DNA from: a virus
Lineage: Duplodnaviria; Caudoviricetes
DNA: 54,454 bases
Direction: 5' to 3' (one strand)
IMG/VR virus record: IMGVR_UViG_3300036668_000246
Span: 1-54,454 of that record
In this document: positions 30,993-40,200 of the stretch, piece by piece
How positions within the stretch are numbered: position 1 is the stretch's first letter
Layout of the letters: every line of letters starts with the position of its first letter
The notes under the pieces: model-generated
The model's database searches: none
What the model was told of the DNA's origin: nothing
What the model saw: only the letters and a program-made list of their open reading frames with translations
Made by a program: the position numbers and the translations under genes

Positions 30993-31502
30993 TTATGGTA
31001 CCGCCATAGTAATCACTAAGTCTGTAGTCTGAAAGCCGCCCTCGGGTGCAGAGGTTTCTAGGGTAGCAAGTACTCCAATACCATAGCCGGTCTCATCCCA
31101 TTGGTCTAATTGATTAATGGACTCCATTAAAACCCATGCGTCGATGGCCATAATCTCCGAAGCAGCTTCTATACGCTCTGCAGAAGGAGGTCGGCCATTC
31201 TGACCTACTATTGGCGTCTCCCTTGATATAGAGATCGTCATTGTAGCACTACGTGGCACATGACACCGCTGAGGTTCACCAGCTTGTGCTCCTGGAGGCC
31301 CTAGATACATTTGTTGGAAGTAGACAACTAGTTGCTCACAGTCAATAGCGGGCATGCCCATCGTCCAATACTGACGGCGTGGTAGCGGGACGTTATAGGA
31401 CTGAAAAACAGTAGCAACCCTTTGAAGCACACCTGACATCATGTCCCGAAGATTTACTGCGTCCTCAGAGACACCACTTAGATCTAGCTCTCCGCTTACC
31501 AT
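30993..31502 (-). CDS. Putative tail terminator
   Basis: Position in the head-tail joining module; DCEQLVV and EGG motifs. Confidence 0.55.
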   Translation of the reverse strand: MVSGELDLSGVSEDAVNLRDMMSGVLQRVATVFQSYNVPLPRRQYWTMGMPAIDCEQLVVYFQQMYLGPPGAQAGEPQRCHVPRSATMTISISRETPIVGQNGRPPSAERIEAASEIMAIDAWVLMESINQLDQWDETGYGIGVLATLETSAPEGGFQTTDLVITMAVP

Positions 31503-31504
31503 GA

Positions 31505-31693
31505 TTACTCAGCTTCTGTAGCTGTGTCGTCCTCTACAACAACTTCTTCTTCAACTACGTCTTCAACTACAACCGGGGCAACTTCAACAACTGGCTCTGG
31601 CTTAGGTGCAACGTACTTAGGAGCTGCTTTCTTCACTACTGGCTTTGCGCTACCTGGCATATCCTGGGCACGAAAGTTAGTTTGTACTGACAT
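31505..31693 (-). CDS. Small protein with basic/Pro N-half and acidic C-half (62 aa)
   Basis: Start revised to ATG 31693 (MSVQTNF) downstream of the adaptor stop. Confidence 0.55.
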   Translation of the reverse strand: MSVQTNFRAQDMPGSAKPVVKKAAPKYVAPKPEPVVEVAPVVVEDVVEEEVVVEDDTATEAE

Positions 31694-31706
31694 GATTTCT
31701 TCTTTC

Positions 31707-32828
31707 TTAATACGTCTTGATCTGGAGGTTTCCAGATGCAAGTATCGGAGTAAGGCTCTCTAGGCCGTCAACCATTTGATTGCCGTAGAGCTCCCATGTT
31801 CCTGGATCCACCATACCTAGAGTAGCTTGCGCTTCCTTGTAGGTTATAGTGAAACTTAATATGTCCTCCCCTTCGACGGTGGTTAGCGTGAAGTTGCCAT
31901 CGATAGGAGATGATTTAGTGGCTCCGTAATTTCTAAGATTAACAACTGGCGACCACCCGGATGCGGGGAAAAAATTACTCAGATCTGCCCCACTGCCAGC
32001 GGAAGACCAGCTAACTGAAGCTGTCTGAACGGTGGCACTCATTGAAAGATCGAACTCGGGGTCTGCTACCTGCTTTAGTGGCTTAGCTACATACTTACGA
32101 GCACGAGGTCTGTCAGGGGAGAACACCTTTGACTTGCGACGAGCATTATCCGGGTTTACGACTTTTAGAAACAAGTCAATCTCATAGAGACCGGTTCGAA
32201 GTTCGTCAATGAATTCTTGGTTGTCCAAGATTGTGTACGAGACGCCCTGCCTTGAGACGGAGGTTACACGCTGAGGTAGCTCGCAATCTTCGTCACCAGC
32301 CCAAAGTCGAGCAAATTCAATCGCTAATTTACGAGCAGCCATTTTTCCAGCTATTGGCACTGGCATCCCGTAAGCGTAAGTAACTTCTACATTGCAGGGT
32401 GTCCAGGGGGTACCGGATTTAATATGTATTGTTGAATGATCTACAAGGTAGTAGCTTGAAGGATCTAAGATAGTGCCTGTCCTATTACGAATAGTTATAA
32501 TTCTAGTTACGGGACGGCCGCGGAGGCGTATTCGAGAGTCAGGAGACATGCCATCTGCAGCTAGCTCGGAGTACTCGTCAAAATCCCCTGAAGGGATGTT
32601 GAAAACGTCTCCGCCAAAAAGAACGGGGCTAATTGTGTTAGTAGACGCCCCCATGCGGTTATTTCTAAGAGTGCAGGTGTAACGCTCAGTTACAACTGTC
32701 TCACCCATATACTTGCGACCGGACATTGCCCAGAGTAGATTCGACGCAGTCTGAGCAGCCTCTAAGCTGTACTCAGTGTAGGAGAAATCTCCCATGTCTT
32801 CTGGGAGTACCCAAAGGTTGCTTGCCAT
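31707..32828 (-). CDS. Head-to-tail adaptor
   Basis: ASNLLWAMSGRKY, VTYAYG, CELPQRVTSVSRQGVS, TGLYEID..L..VNP motifs. Confidence 0.8.
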   Translation of the reverse strand: MASNLWVLPEDMGDFSYTEYSLEAAQTASNLLWAMSGRKYMGETVVTERYTCTLRNNRMGASTNTISPVLFGGDVFNIPSGDFDEYSELAADGMSPDSRIRLRGRPVTRIITIRNRTGTILDPSSYYLVDHSTIHIKSGTPWTPCNVEVTYAYGMPVPIAGKMAARKLAIEFARLWAGDEDCELPQRVTSVSRQGVSYTILDNQEFIDELRTGLYEIDLFLKVVNPDNARRKSKVFSPDRPRARKYVAKPLKQVADPEFDLSMSATVQTASVSWSSAGSGADLSNFFPASGWSPVVNLRNYGATKSSPIDGNFTLTTVEGEDILSFTITYKEAQATLGMVDPGTWELYGNQMVDGLESLTPILASGNLQIKTY

Positions 32829-32853
32829 ATTTATTACCTCTTAGATAAAGTTT

Positions 32854-32897
32854 AACGGGTGGTAGCCTAAGCTAGTTTGCTCAAGCCGCCACCCGTT
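32854..32897 (-). terminator. Stem-loop after the major tail gene
   Basis: Minus strand AACGGGTGGCGGCTT...AGGCTACCACCCGTT, long stem. Confidence 0.65.
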
Positions 32898-32911
32898 CTT
32901 GTTAACTATTT

Positions 32912-34024
32912 TTAGCTAGGGTTTTCGTTTGACGTAATTACGTTATCAATAGAACCGTCTTCGTCATAGCCAACTGCTCCTGGCACATTGTAGCCAGCTC
33001 CACCAGAGGTGATGCTAGTAGTTGCAACTGGGTACGGGAAGCTCTCTGCCAATGAGTTCACAGTCGTTACACGAGCGCCACGGGTGACAGGCGTGCTTAG
33101 AATGTCTTGAGTAATTGAAGAGTTTAGGTAGCTAACAACGTTACCCGATACTCCAGAGACAGTCTTGTCACCATTAAATAGTGATCCAACATTCTGAACT
33201 GAAATAACATCGCCAACTTCTAGTAGTGGCGGTGCACTAAAGGTCAGGCTTGCAGTAGTGTCAGTCAGTGTTGCAAGGAAGCTGTCAACTGTGATGGCGC
33301 TTGGTGAGCTAGCATTAGCCGAGGTAAATACTACCTGGTCAGTTGCGTTGTCAGTCCAAGTGTAGAATCCAGATAGTCCGGTTGGAGCCCAGTCAGAACG
33401 TGCATAAGCGTATGGACGCTCCGTAGCAACCGGGAACTCCCAGCGGCCGTCGATACCTGACTTAAAGTTCTCGTTTCCTAGACCATAGCCTTCGAAGGTG
33501 TTAGCCATTAGACCGTTTTCAATAACACGGTCGCCGGACTGACGCATCTTGACGTACGGGAAGACCCAGTAGAAGTAAGGAAGAACGCCAGAACGCTTTC
33601 CGCTCTTCACTGCGTGGGACCATGCTTCAATGGCAACACCGTTGCCGGCAGGGTCATCACCAACACCAGGAGCGGCCCAACCGATTGACTTGTTGTTTGG
33701 GTCGAGCGCGGTGCCTAGGTTCTTGCGTAGTAGTAGTCCACCAGAAATCAGAGCCGAAAGCTCTGGGTCTGGCTCGCAGATAGCAAGTTCCATAGTGATT
33801 CGCTTTAGAGTGTCCGGGGCCTTGTAGGTCACGCAAATAACGCCGTTAGCGCCCTTTTCAGTGATCTCGTCGCCCTCTTCGTACTCGGGGGTAAAAGAAA
33901 CTCTCATGAAGGCGGAGGTAGTGTAGCTATCCTGATTGCCAGTCATAAGGTTCCCAGCAGCATCTAGGCGTGTGACACGGATTGACACACCCTGAATGCT
34001 GGCTGCATATTCTTGAGTAGCCAT
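32912..34024 (-). CDS. Major tail protein with C-terminal accessory domain
   Basis: IRVTRLDAAG, PEYEEGDEITEKGANG..C, ICEPDPEL, YWVFP; AAGGAG RBS. Confidence 0.85.
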   Translation of the reverse strand: MATQEYAASIQGVSIRVTRLDAAGNLMTGNQDSYTTSAFMRVSFTPEYEEGDEITEKGANGVICVTYKAPDTLKRITMELAICEPDPELSALISGGLLLRKNLGTALDPNNKSIGWAAPGVGDDPAGNGVAIEAWSHAVKSGKRSGVLPYFYWVFPYVKMRQSGDRVIENGLMANTFEGYGLGNENFKSGIDGRWEFPVATERPYAYARSDWAPTGLSGFYTWTDNATDQVVFTSANASSPSAITVDSFLATLTDTTASLTFSAPPLLEVGDVISVQNVGSLFNGDKTVSGVSGNVVSYLNSSITQDILSTPVTRGARVTTVNSLAESFPYPVATTSITSGGAGYNVPGAVGYDEDGSIDNVITSNENPS

Positions 34025-34047
34025 AAGCTATTCTCCTTATTTCTTGA

Positions 34048-34911
34048 TTAAGCTGTTAGATCGACTCGAACAGCGAGGTGGATGGATGTGTCAAAGTAAG
34101 CTGCCGCAGGGCGGATTGCCTTGATCCTCATGTCATTTTTATTGCCCGACACATCGTAAGCTTGCGCTAGATTGTCGTTTACGACATCAACGTCACCAAG
34201 GTAAACCTTGACAGCGCCTGTGCCATAAATCCATTTGTTGGTGCCTGATGCAGCAGCACCTGTTACACCTGTTGGGCCATTACCTGAATAGCCAGCACCT
34301 ACGATTACTGGGGTGCCAATTCTAGTGACAAGAGTTCCGTCTTTTGACTTCTCTAACCTAGTATTTAGAAGGGAAGCTACGTCGCTGGTCATGTGGATTA
34401 CTCCAGTCTCGCCTGCGTCTGATGCGACTGCAATTGAGCGCTCTAGCTCAGCAAGTGCAAGTATGGCACCAAGAGCGGTTCCGCTATTAACTAGATCAGT
34501 TCCGGCATCAGATAGGGCTTTATTGTCGTGACTCTCGCCCTTTCGAACCGCACCGTCCCAAAGCTCTGTCTCTATAGATTTCTGGCTCATGCCTTCAATC
34601 TGACGAGATAGTCGAGCAATTCTGTCAATAGCGTTGAAACTTAGTCCCGAGCGTACCTCGGTCAATTCGATGAAGAAGGGCTTGATGTCATCGTAGTAGT
34701 TGATAACTCCGCCGGTAACTACAGACCCACTGGTGTTATCTGTGTCATCCCAGTTTTTGAGCTCCTGTACGGTGGTCTCCCATTCTTGGGCAAAACCGCG
34801 GACCCACTGGTCCTCTCCTGGAGCGTTCTCTGGCTTAACAACAGCAAGTAGGCCAAAGGCGGATGGCACGATTGCGGGTGCCGATACTACGCCTGTCTTT
34901 GAGAAAGCCAT
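34048..34911 (-). CDS. Second capsid protein (putative pentamer / minor capsid protein)
   Basis: Directly after the major capsid gene; IETELWDG, GVIHM, TRIGTPVIVGAGY, WIYGTG motifs as in cluster B-like actinophages. Confidence 0.65.
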   Translation of the reverse strand: MAFSKTGVVSAPAIVPSAFGLLAVVKPENAPGEDQWVRGFAQEWETTVQELKNWDDTDNTSGSVVTGGVINYYDDIKPFFIELTEVRSGLSFNAIDRIARLSRQIEGMSQKSIETELWDGAVRKGESHDNKALSDAGTDLVNSGTALGAILALAELERSIAVASDAGETGVIHMTSDVASLLNTRLEKSKDGTLVTRIGTPVIVGAGYSGNGPTGVTGAAASGTNKWIYGTGAVKVYLGDVDVVNDNLAQAYDVSGNKNDMRIKAIRPAAAYFDTSIHLAVRVDLTA

Positions 34912-34948
34912 TTAAAATCCTTAATTTAAAATTATTTAGGGGGTGGGA

Positions 34949-34974
34949 GCCCCCCGAGCCGAAGCCCGGGGAGC
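34949..34974 (-). terminator. C(UUCG)G-capped GC-rich hairpin between the two capsid genes
   Basis: Minus strand GCTCCCCGGGC-TTCG-GCTCGGGGGGC. Confidence 0.7.
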
Positions 34975-34992
34975 CGCCCTATTTAGTTATAT

Positions 34993-37119
34993 TTAGAGCT
35001 CGATGGTTGATGCAGCTACGCCACCAAGGGTGTCGCGCAATGCAGCAGCCGAACCGTTAATGTTAACGGTCTGAGTGATCTTTAGAGATTCGATACCAAC
35101 CTTGGCAACGCCCTCGAAGGTCTCAACGAACATCTTGTAATCGTTGGTTCCAACTAGTGACGAGTCACGGATAATACCTAGGTCCAGCGATCCACCGTCT
35201 AGGAACAAGAATGTTCCTTCAGCGAATAGGAACCAGTCGAAGCTATCTGGGAACTCAAGAAGTGCAGCTGCACCCTGAGCACCAAAGTAAGTCATGTCAG
35301 GTGAACCGACTAGAGTTACGTTTGAACCAGATAGGTAGCCTTCGATCTCTGCACGGCCAACAGCTAGGGTGCTGTCTCCAGGCATTGAAACTGCAAGGTC
35401 AGAAGCCATAGCATCGTATACCCAGTCTGGGATAAGAGCCTTTAGTGTAGTGGTCTGAGCAATGCGGTGACGTGAACGGTAAGCAACAGCTGCCTTACGT
35501 ACTGATACCAAGAAGTCGCGACCAAAACCAAGGATGGTTCCGGAAGTAACTGCAGTTGATGCTGCAGCAATCTTGGTTAGTAGGTCAACTTCACCTGCAC
35601 GAGCGTGTGCAACTAGAGCTAGCTCGTTGTGGCGAGCAATCAACTCTGGGTACGCACGGGTCATTAGGTTACCGAACTGTAGCTGTAGTGTTACAGCGTC
35701 AGTTACTGCGGTGTTTTCTGCAGCAGCAACAACCGTTAGGCTTTCCTTTGTTGCGCCACCTGGAGCAGCGTCAACAGCAGCAGTCCATACACCAACAGCG
35801 TCAGCGTAGTCACCCGATGCAAAGCTCGGAGCAGTTACGAAGCGGATACCGCCACGGTCTGCCTGGAACTTTGGAAGTGAGTCACGTACTGGACGTACAG
35901 TGGTTGAACCTAGGCCGAAGATGTCATACTTGGTCTCAACTGGAGCACCATGTCCACCAGAAGCAACAAGTGCCTGGGCTGATAGTGATTCAATCTTGGC
36001 CGAGTTAGCCTCAGCATCGGTACCGAGGAAGCGGTCCTCAGCATATGTGGTCGAGAAAGACGCAACAATGTGCTGCTCTCCGTCGCCACCGTTTACACGG
36101 CGAAGAGAGTGAAGTCTCTTCTCCATGGCCTGAGATAGCTCAGACATATCGTTAATGGTGCTTCCCGCGGTGTATCCAGGGATGTCAGCGCCAGCAGTAA
36201 TTGCTACTACAGGTGCCAGAGATTCCTGAACTACAGGTTGACGGTCGGCTGGGGCCTCGAAAGGCTGTTCAGCTGCAGCAGTCACTGCTTGCTCCTTCTG
36301 CTCTTCTACAAGAGCTGTTGATGTTTCAATAGTTTCATCTGAAGAGAGCTCAGTGGCTTCTTCAGTCGTGGTTGATAGTTCAGAACCGTCTACCTGAGCG
36401 GTTGATGCTTGAATTGTGGCGTCCTCAGTAACTACTTCAGTAGTAACTTCTTCTTCTGCAGAAAGTTCTGCAGCAGCCTCTGTTACAACTTCAGCAAGTT
36501 CCTCGGCAGCAGCCTCAGTCTCAACTGGAGTCTCGACGACTTCCTCTTCTGCTGCGGCTACTACCTCATCGGTAGAAAGCTCAGCTTCAGTGGTAACCTC
36601 TTCGACTACTTCTTCTGCAGAAAGTTCTGCAGCTTCGGTAATCTCGACAGCAGTGTCAACAACAACTTCGGCAGAAGCGAGTTCTTCAGAAGCGGATGCC
36701 TTAATCGACATTTCCTCTTCTTCCGTCTCTTCTTCTTCCTCGGCTGGCATCTCTTCTGCCTCTACCTCTTCGGTCTCTTCTACAGCAGGAGTTTCCTCTG
36801 CTGGAGTTTCGTCCATAGGTACGTCTTCTTCGGTCATAGCCATTTCCTCTCCTTCGTCGTCAGCCATACCCTTGACACGGGCAGTAGCTTCTGCTGCACG
36901 GGTTGCAAGTTCTGCAGCCTGTGCTTCGCGGTTTGAAAGTTCCCCGCGTACCATGTCTAGAGAGTCGGCAAGCGACGTCATAGCATCAACTGTCTCAGGA
37001 GTCGGGTCTTCACCCTCAACCATTTCAAACTGCGAGATGATCTCTGCCTGAAGCTCTGTGACTTGATCGTCACCTAGCTCAGCGAGTGAATCTAGCTGAG
37101 TTTTAATTTGGTCGTACAC
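34993..37119 (-). CDS. Major capsid protein (putative hexamer) with long acidic N-terminal scaffold-like region
   Basis: AGGAGG RBS; coiled-coil and Glu-rich N-half; ALVASGG..AP....YD, RGGIRF, EGTFLFLDGGSLDLGIIRDS..N.Y..F.E.FE. Confidence 0.88.
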   Translation of the reverse strand: MYDQIKTQLDSLAELGDDQVTELQAEIISQFEMVEGEDPTPETVDAMTSLADSLDMVRGELSNREAQAAELATRAAEATARVKGMADDEGEEMAMTEEDVPMDETPAEETPAVEETEEVEAEEMPAEEEEETEEEEMSIKASASEELASAEVVVDTAVEITEAAELSAEEVVEEVTTEAELSTDEVVAAAEEEVVETPVETEAAAEELAEVVTEAAAELSAEEEVTTEVVTEDATIQASTAQVDGSELSTTTEEATELSSDETIETSTALVEEQKEQAVTAAAEQPFEAPADRQPVVQESLAPVVAITAGADIPGYTAGSTINDMSELSQAMEKRLHSLRRVNGGDGEQHIVASFSTTYAEDRFLGTDAEANSAKIESLSAQALVASGGHGAPVETKYDIFGLGSTTVRPVRDSLPKFQADRGGIRFVTAPSFASGDYADAVGVWTAAVDAAPGGATKESLTVVAAAENTAVTDAVTLQLQFGNLMTRAYPELIARHNELALVAHARAGEVDLLTKIAAASTAVTSGTILGFGRDFLVSVRKAAVAYRSRHRIAQTTTLKALIPDWVYDAMASDLAVSMPGDSTLAVGRAEIEGYLSGSNVTLVGSPDMTYFGAQGAAALLEFPDSFDWFLFAEGTFLFLDGGSLDLGIIRDSSLVGTNDYKMFVETFEGVAKVGIESLKITQTVNINGSAAALRDTLGGVAASTIEL

Positions 37120-37224
37120 TGTACCTCCTAGGCCAGTTAGTTTTGGGTGGTTGTTCCACCCACTGATTTACAGTCAAGGCCGAGGGACTTACGCATAATA
37201 CGCAAGGCGCTCCACCTAGGGATA

Positions 37225-37237
37225 ATTTTACCCTACT
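37225..37237 (-). promoter_or_regulatory. Conserved promoter-like motif AGTAGGGTAAAAT (copy 2), upstream of the major capsid gene
   Basis: Identical to 4008-4020. Confidence 0.65.
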
Positions 37238-37239
37238 TT

Positions 37240-40200
37240 TTAGGTAAGGAGTCGGAGCAGCTTGCTCATCTCAGATTGAACTTCACCCTGAGAGTACACA
37301 TCTGCTCCAGATATGTAGGATTTTAGACTTTGCGTAGCAATATCTGCATCCTTTTTACCGATTTTTGCCTCGACACGAGTAATCATCTGATCGATGAGGT
37401 CCTTGAGTCCAGACGGTAGATCGCTAAACTTTAATTTCTCTGCATCCTTGCCAAAAGGGAGAGGTAGGTTGGAAATCACAGTGCCTAGCTCTGCGGCGGT
37501 TGCGCGAACATTCTCTAGAGCTTCTGGATTTAAAGCTTTTGAGTCAATTCGGTCAATCATCCCAAGAAGGTCGTCACTCGCACCTGCGGAAGCGGCATAG
37601 TCTCCAGCAAAATCAAGATTCTCAGCTTCCTCTGCCTTCTTTAGAGCTTTTGATAGACCTGCAACACCTAGGTTTTGCTTTAGGCGAGCCAGAACCGTTC
37701 GGTACTTGCCCTTTGCGTCGCGTGGCTGATTTACACCGGAAACGTATTTAGGCTTGCCATCCTCGTCTAGACCGTTGGGGTCTGTTTTACCAGACTTGAC
37801 ATCCTTAGCTGCTTTAATCTCTTCTTCGGTTTGCTTGTCGGCCTCGGACTTAGAGTCTCGTAGTTTTTTTAGGTCAGCGTCAGAGATTTCGTCGTCATCA
37901 GTTTTTGCAAATTCTGAGTAAGCACTAGCTGTAATGCTGGCACGCATGGACGCTACCCTCTGGGCAGCTGCCATGGACTCAGCGTTTTTCCATTGCATCG
38001 GGATCAGAGCGGACTTCTTTAGAGCTCTAGCACGCTTCGCAATGTGTCTGCGCACTGCAGCCCGATCGGTTGCCTTAGCCCTTCCGTAGGCTTGGATTGC
38101 ATTTTTAAGGTCTTCTTCATCCCTAATTGGGTAAGCACCATCTGGCATTGCAATCCCTTTATCCGCTAATTCCAGCCGCTCCTCGGGGGATATCTTTGCC
38201 AGCTCTGCTACTGCCGCTGCGGTTAGAGTCTTCTCTCGAAGGATCATGGCGCTAGCAGTGATTGCTTGTAGATTTGCCTCGCGGAGAGACTTTTTTGCTT
38301 CCCTGACACGGATTTTTAGGTCTGGAGCAGTAGCAGCTAACTTTCCAAAGGTGTGAGCCTTATAAGATAAAGCCTGTACCGCTTCACTCTTTAATACGGC
38401 CATATGGCTCGCTCCAGCAGCGACTAACGCAAGCATCTTTCCGCCTGCTATCATCGCACGAGCAGTTGGGAATCCAGGCACGTTTACCTGGCAAACGGCA
38501 ACTAGCTCTAATGAGCCTCCAATTGGACGCCAGTCTCCGGAGGGGGCAGATGCGCGAAGTGCACGAACCTGCATCTCATCTGCATCTGGACGCAAACAGC
38601 CTGCAACCCATATACCAAACTGATCTTCGCCAGCGTGAACATCCGCAATGGCAGAAGCAGTGTCATCGTAATGCTTTGCTGCATCGGCAGCACTGGCATT
38701 CAGTGGAGCGTGCCCACCAGCAAGAGTTAACTGACCAACAGTGGCATCAGTTCCCTCTGCAGTGTGCACTACTCCAGTGTTGAAGTATGCGTACTTACTA
38801 CGTGAGCGAGGAGGCTTAGTTGAACGTGGTAGCCCAATGTGGCTAACGTGCCACGCAGCAATATGGCCATAGATGCGGCCATCCTTGTCTACGCTTAGAG
38901 GCGTGGGTTTGTCAAGTTTTTGGTCTTCAAACCAGGATGCAGGCGGTGCCATCGGGATCTCGGATTCTAGATACCCGGAAGCCATAATCGGCTCAAGGTC
39001 GCAAAGACCATCGATGCACTCTTCGTAGATACCGTCTTCTGGAGTCACGTATTCTTCCTGATCCCCCAAGTTAATAATTGCAATCGTGCATTCCTGGAAT
39101 GCAGGCTTAGCTACAATTGTAGCAGCCATAACACGGGCTTTGTTTATAGTGAGCTTGTCCTTGCCCATCTCTTCGCCAGCTTCATCCTCGGATCCTTCTT
39201 TCAGAGACGCCTTTGGGTTCTTCTCTTCTTTAGCTTCAAATTTATCAAGATCGACGGACACCCCACGCAAAAAACCATTCTCGACTAGTCTTTGAGCTTC
39301 GCGACCATACGGTCCAGTGTCGAATACACCAGTAGCATTCCCTAGGCCGCCTTTGATGCGCTCCACATTGTCAATACGACCAACAACTACAGAACCATCG
39401 TGACCGTTACCAGTTTTAATCTGCCACAGAAGAGGTAGAGGTAGGTCACGTAGTGTTATTGCCCCACTCACAAACTTGCGCCCATCGCCGGACTCGAGCT
39501 CTTCCGGCACCAACATAGGGATCATAAACCCAGCGCCTTTATCAGTACGAGCAGATGCAATTAATGCAACTTTTTCGCGGGCATCTGCTGCCTTAGCGAG
39601 TAGCTCGGATCTTCTAAACATTGCGGAGTCAAACTCTGCTTCTGAAGAGAATAAGCTGTACTCTGAGCTCATATTCTTGTCATTGCCTGGATTTAGCTTG
39701 CTACCTGTATAAACACCAGTTACTTCCTTGTGACGCAGCTGGCAGTAGCCCTTTGCGCGTGGGCCCATGTACTTAGAGAGATTACGGACACAGCGGGTCC
39801 AGTCCCCAGGAGTGCCCCATCGGATTTTTGCTGCACCCTTGCCTTTGGTCCAGTATCGACGAAGACCTTCCGCGTTTCCACGATTACGGTCAGCACCGCC
39901 AGCTGCAAGCAGCGGCTCTACTACCTTTTCCCAGAAGATGGAGAAATTGTATGCTGAAGCCTGCAAAGGCGACGCCTCGTCTGCCTGCTCTAAGACATCA
40001 TTTAAGACTTCTTTATCATCAAGTTCTACTACCGGTGGAGGCGTAGAGGACTTAAGGTCACTGAGGACTTGATTGTCCCGGTTCCACTTTCCATTCAAGC
40101 GTACATAAGTTACTGGATCGGTGGATGTCTTACTTTCGGGGACAATTGCAACAACATCCATCACGGCTTCTAAATCGTCAGGAGATAGCAGTGCCAAATA

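Noticed and set aside
36409-37051. Plus-strand Ser/Thr-rich (211 aa) and Phe/Cys-rich (175 aa) ORFs
   Set aside because: Antisense shadows of the Glu-rich capsid N-terminal region; composition is explained by the reverse-complement codons
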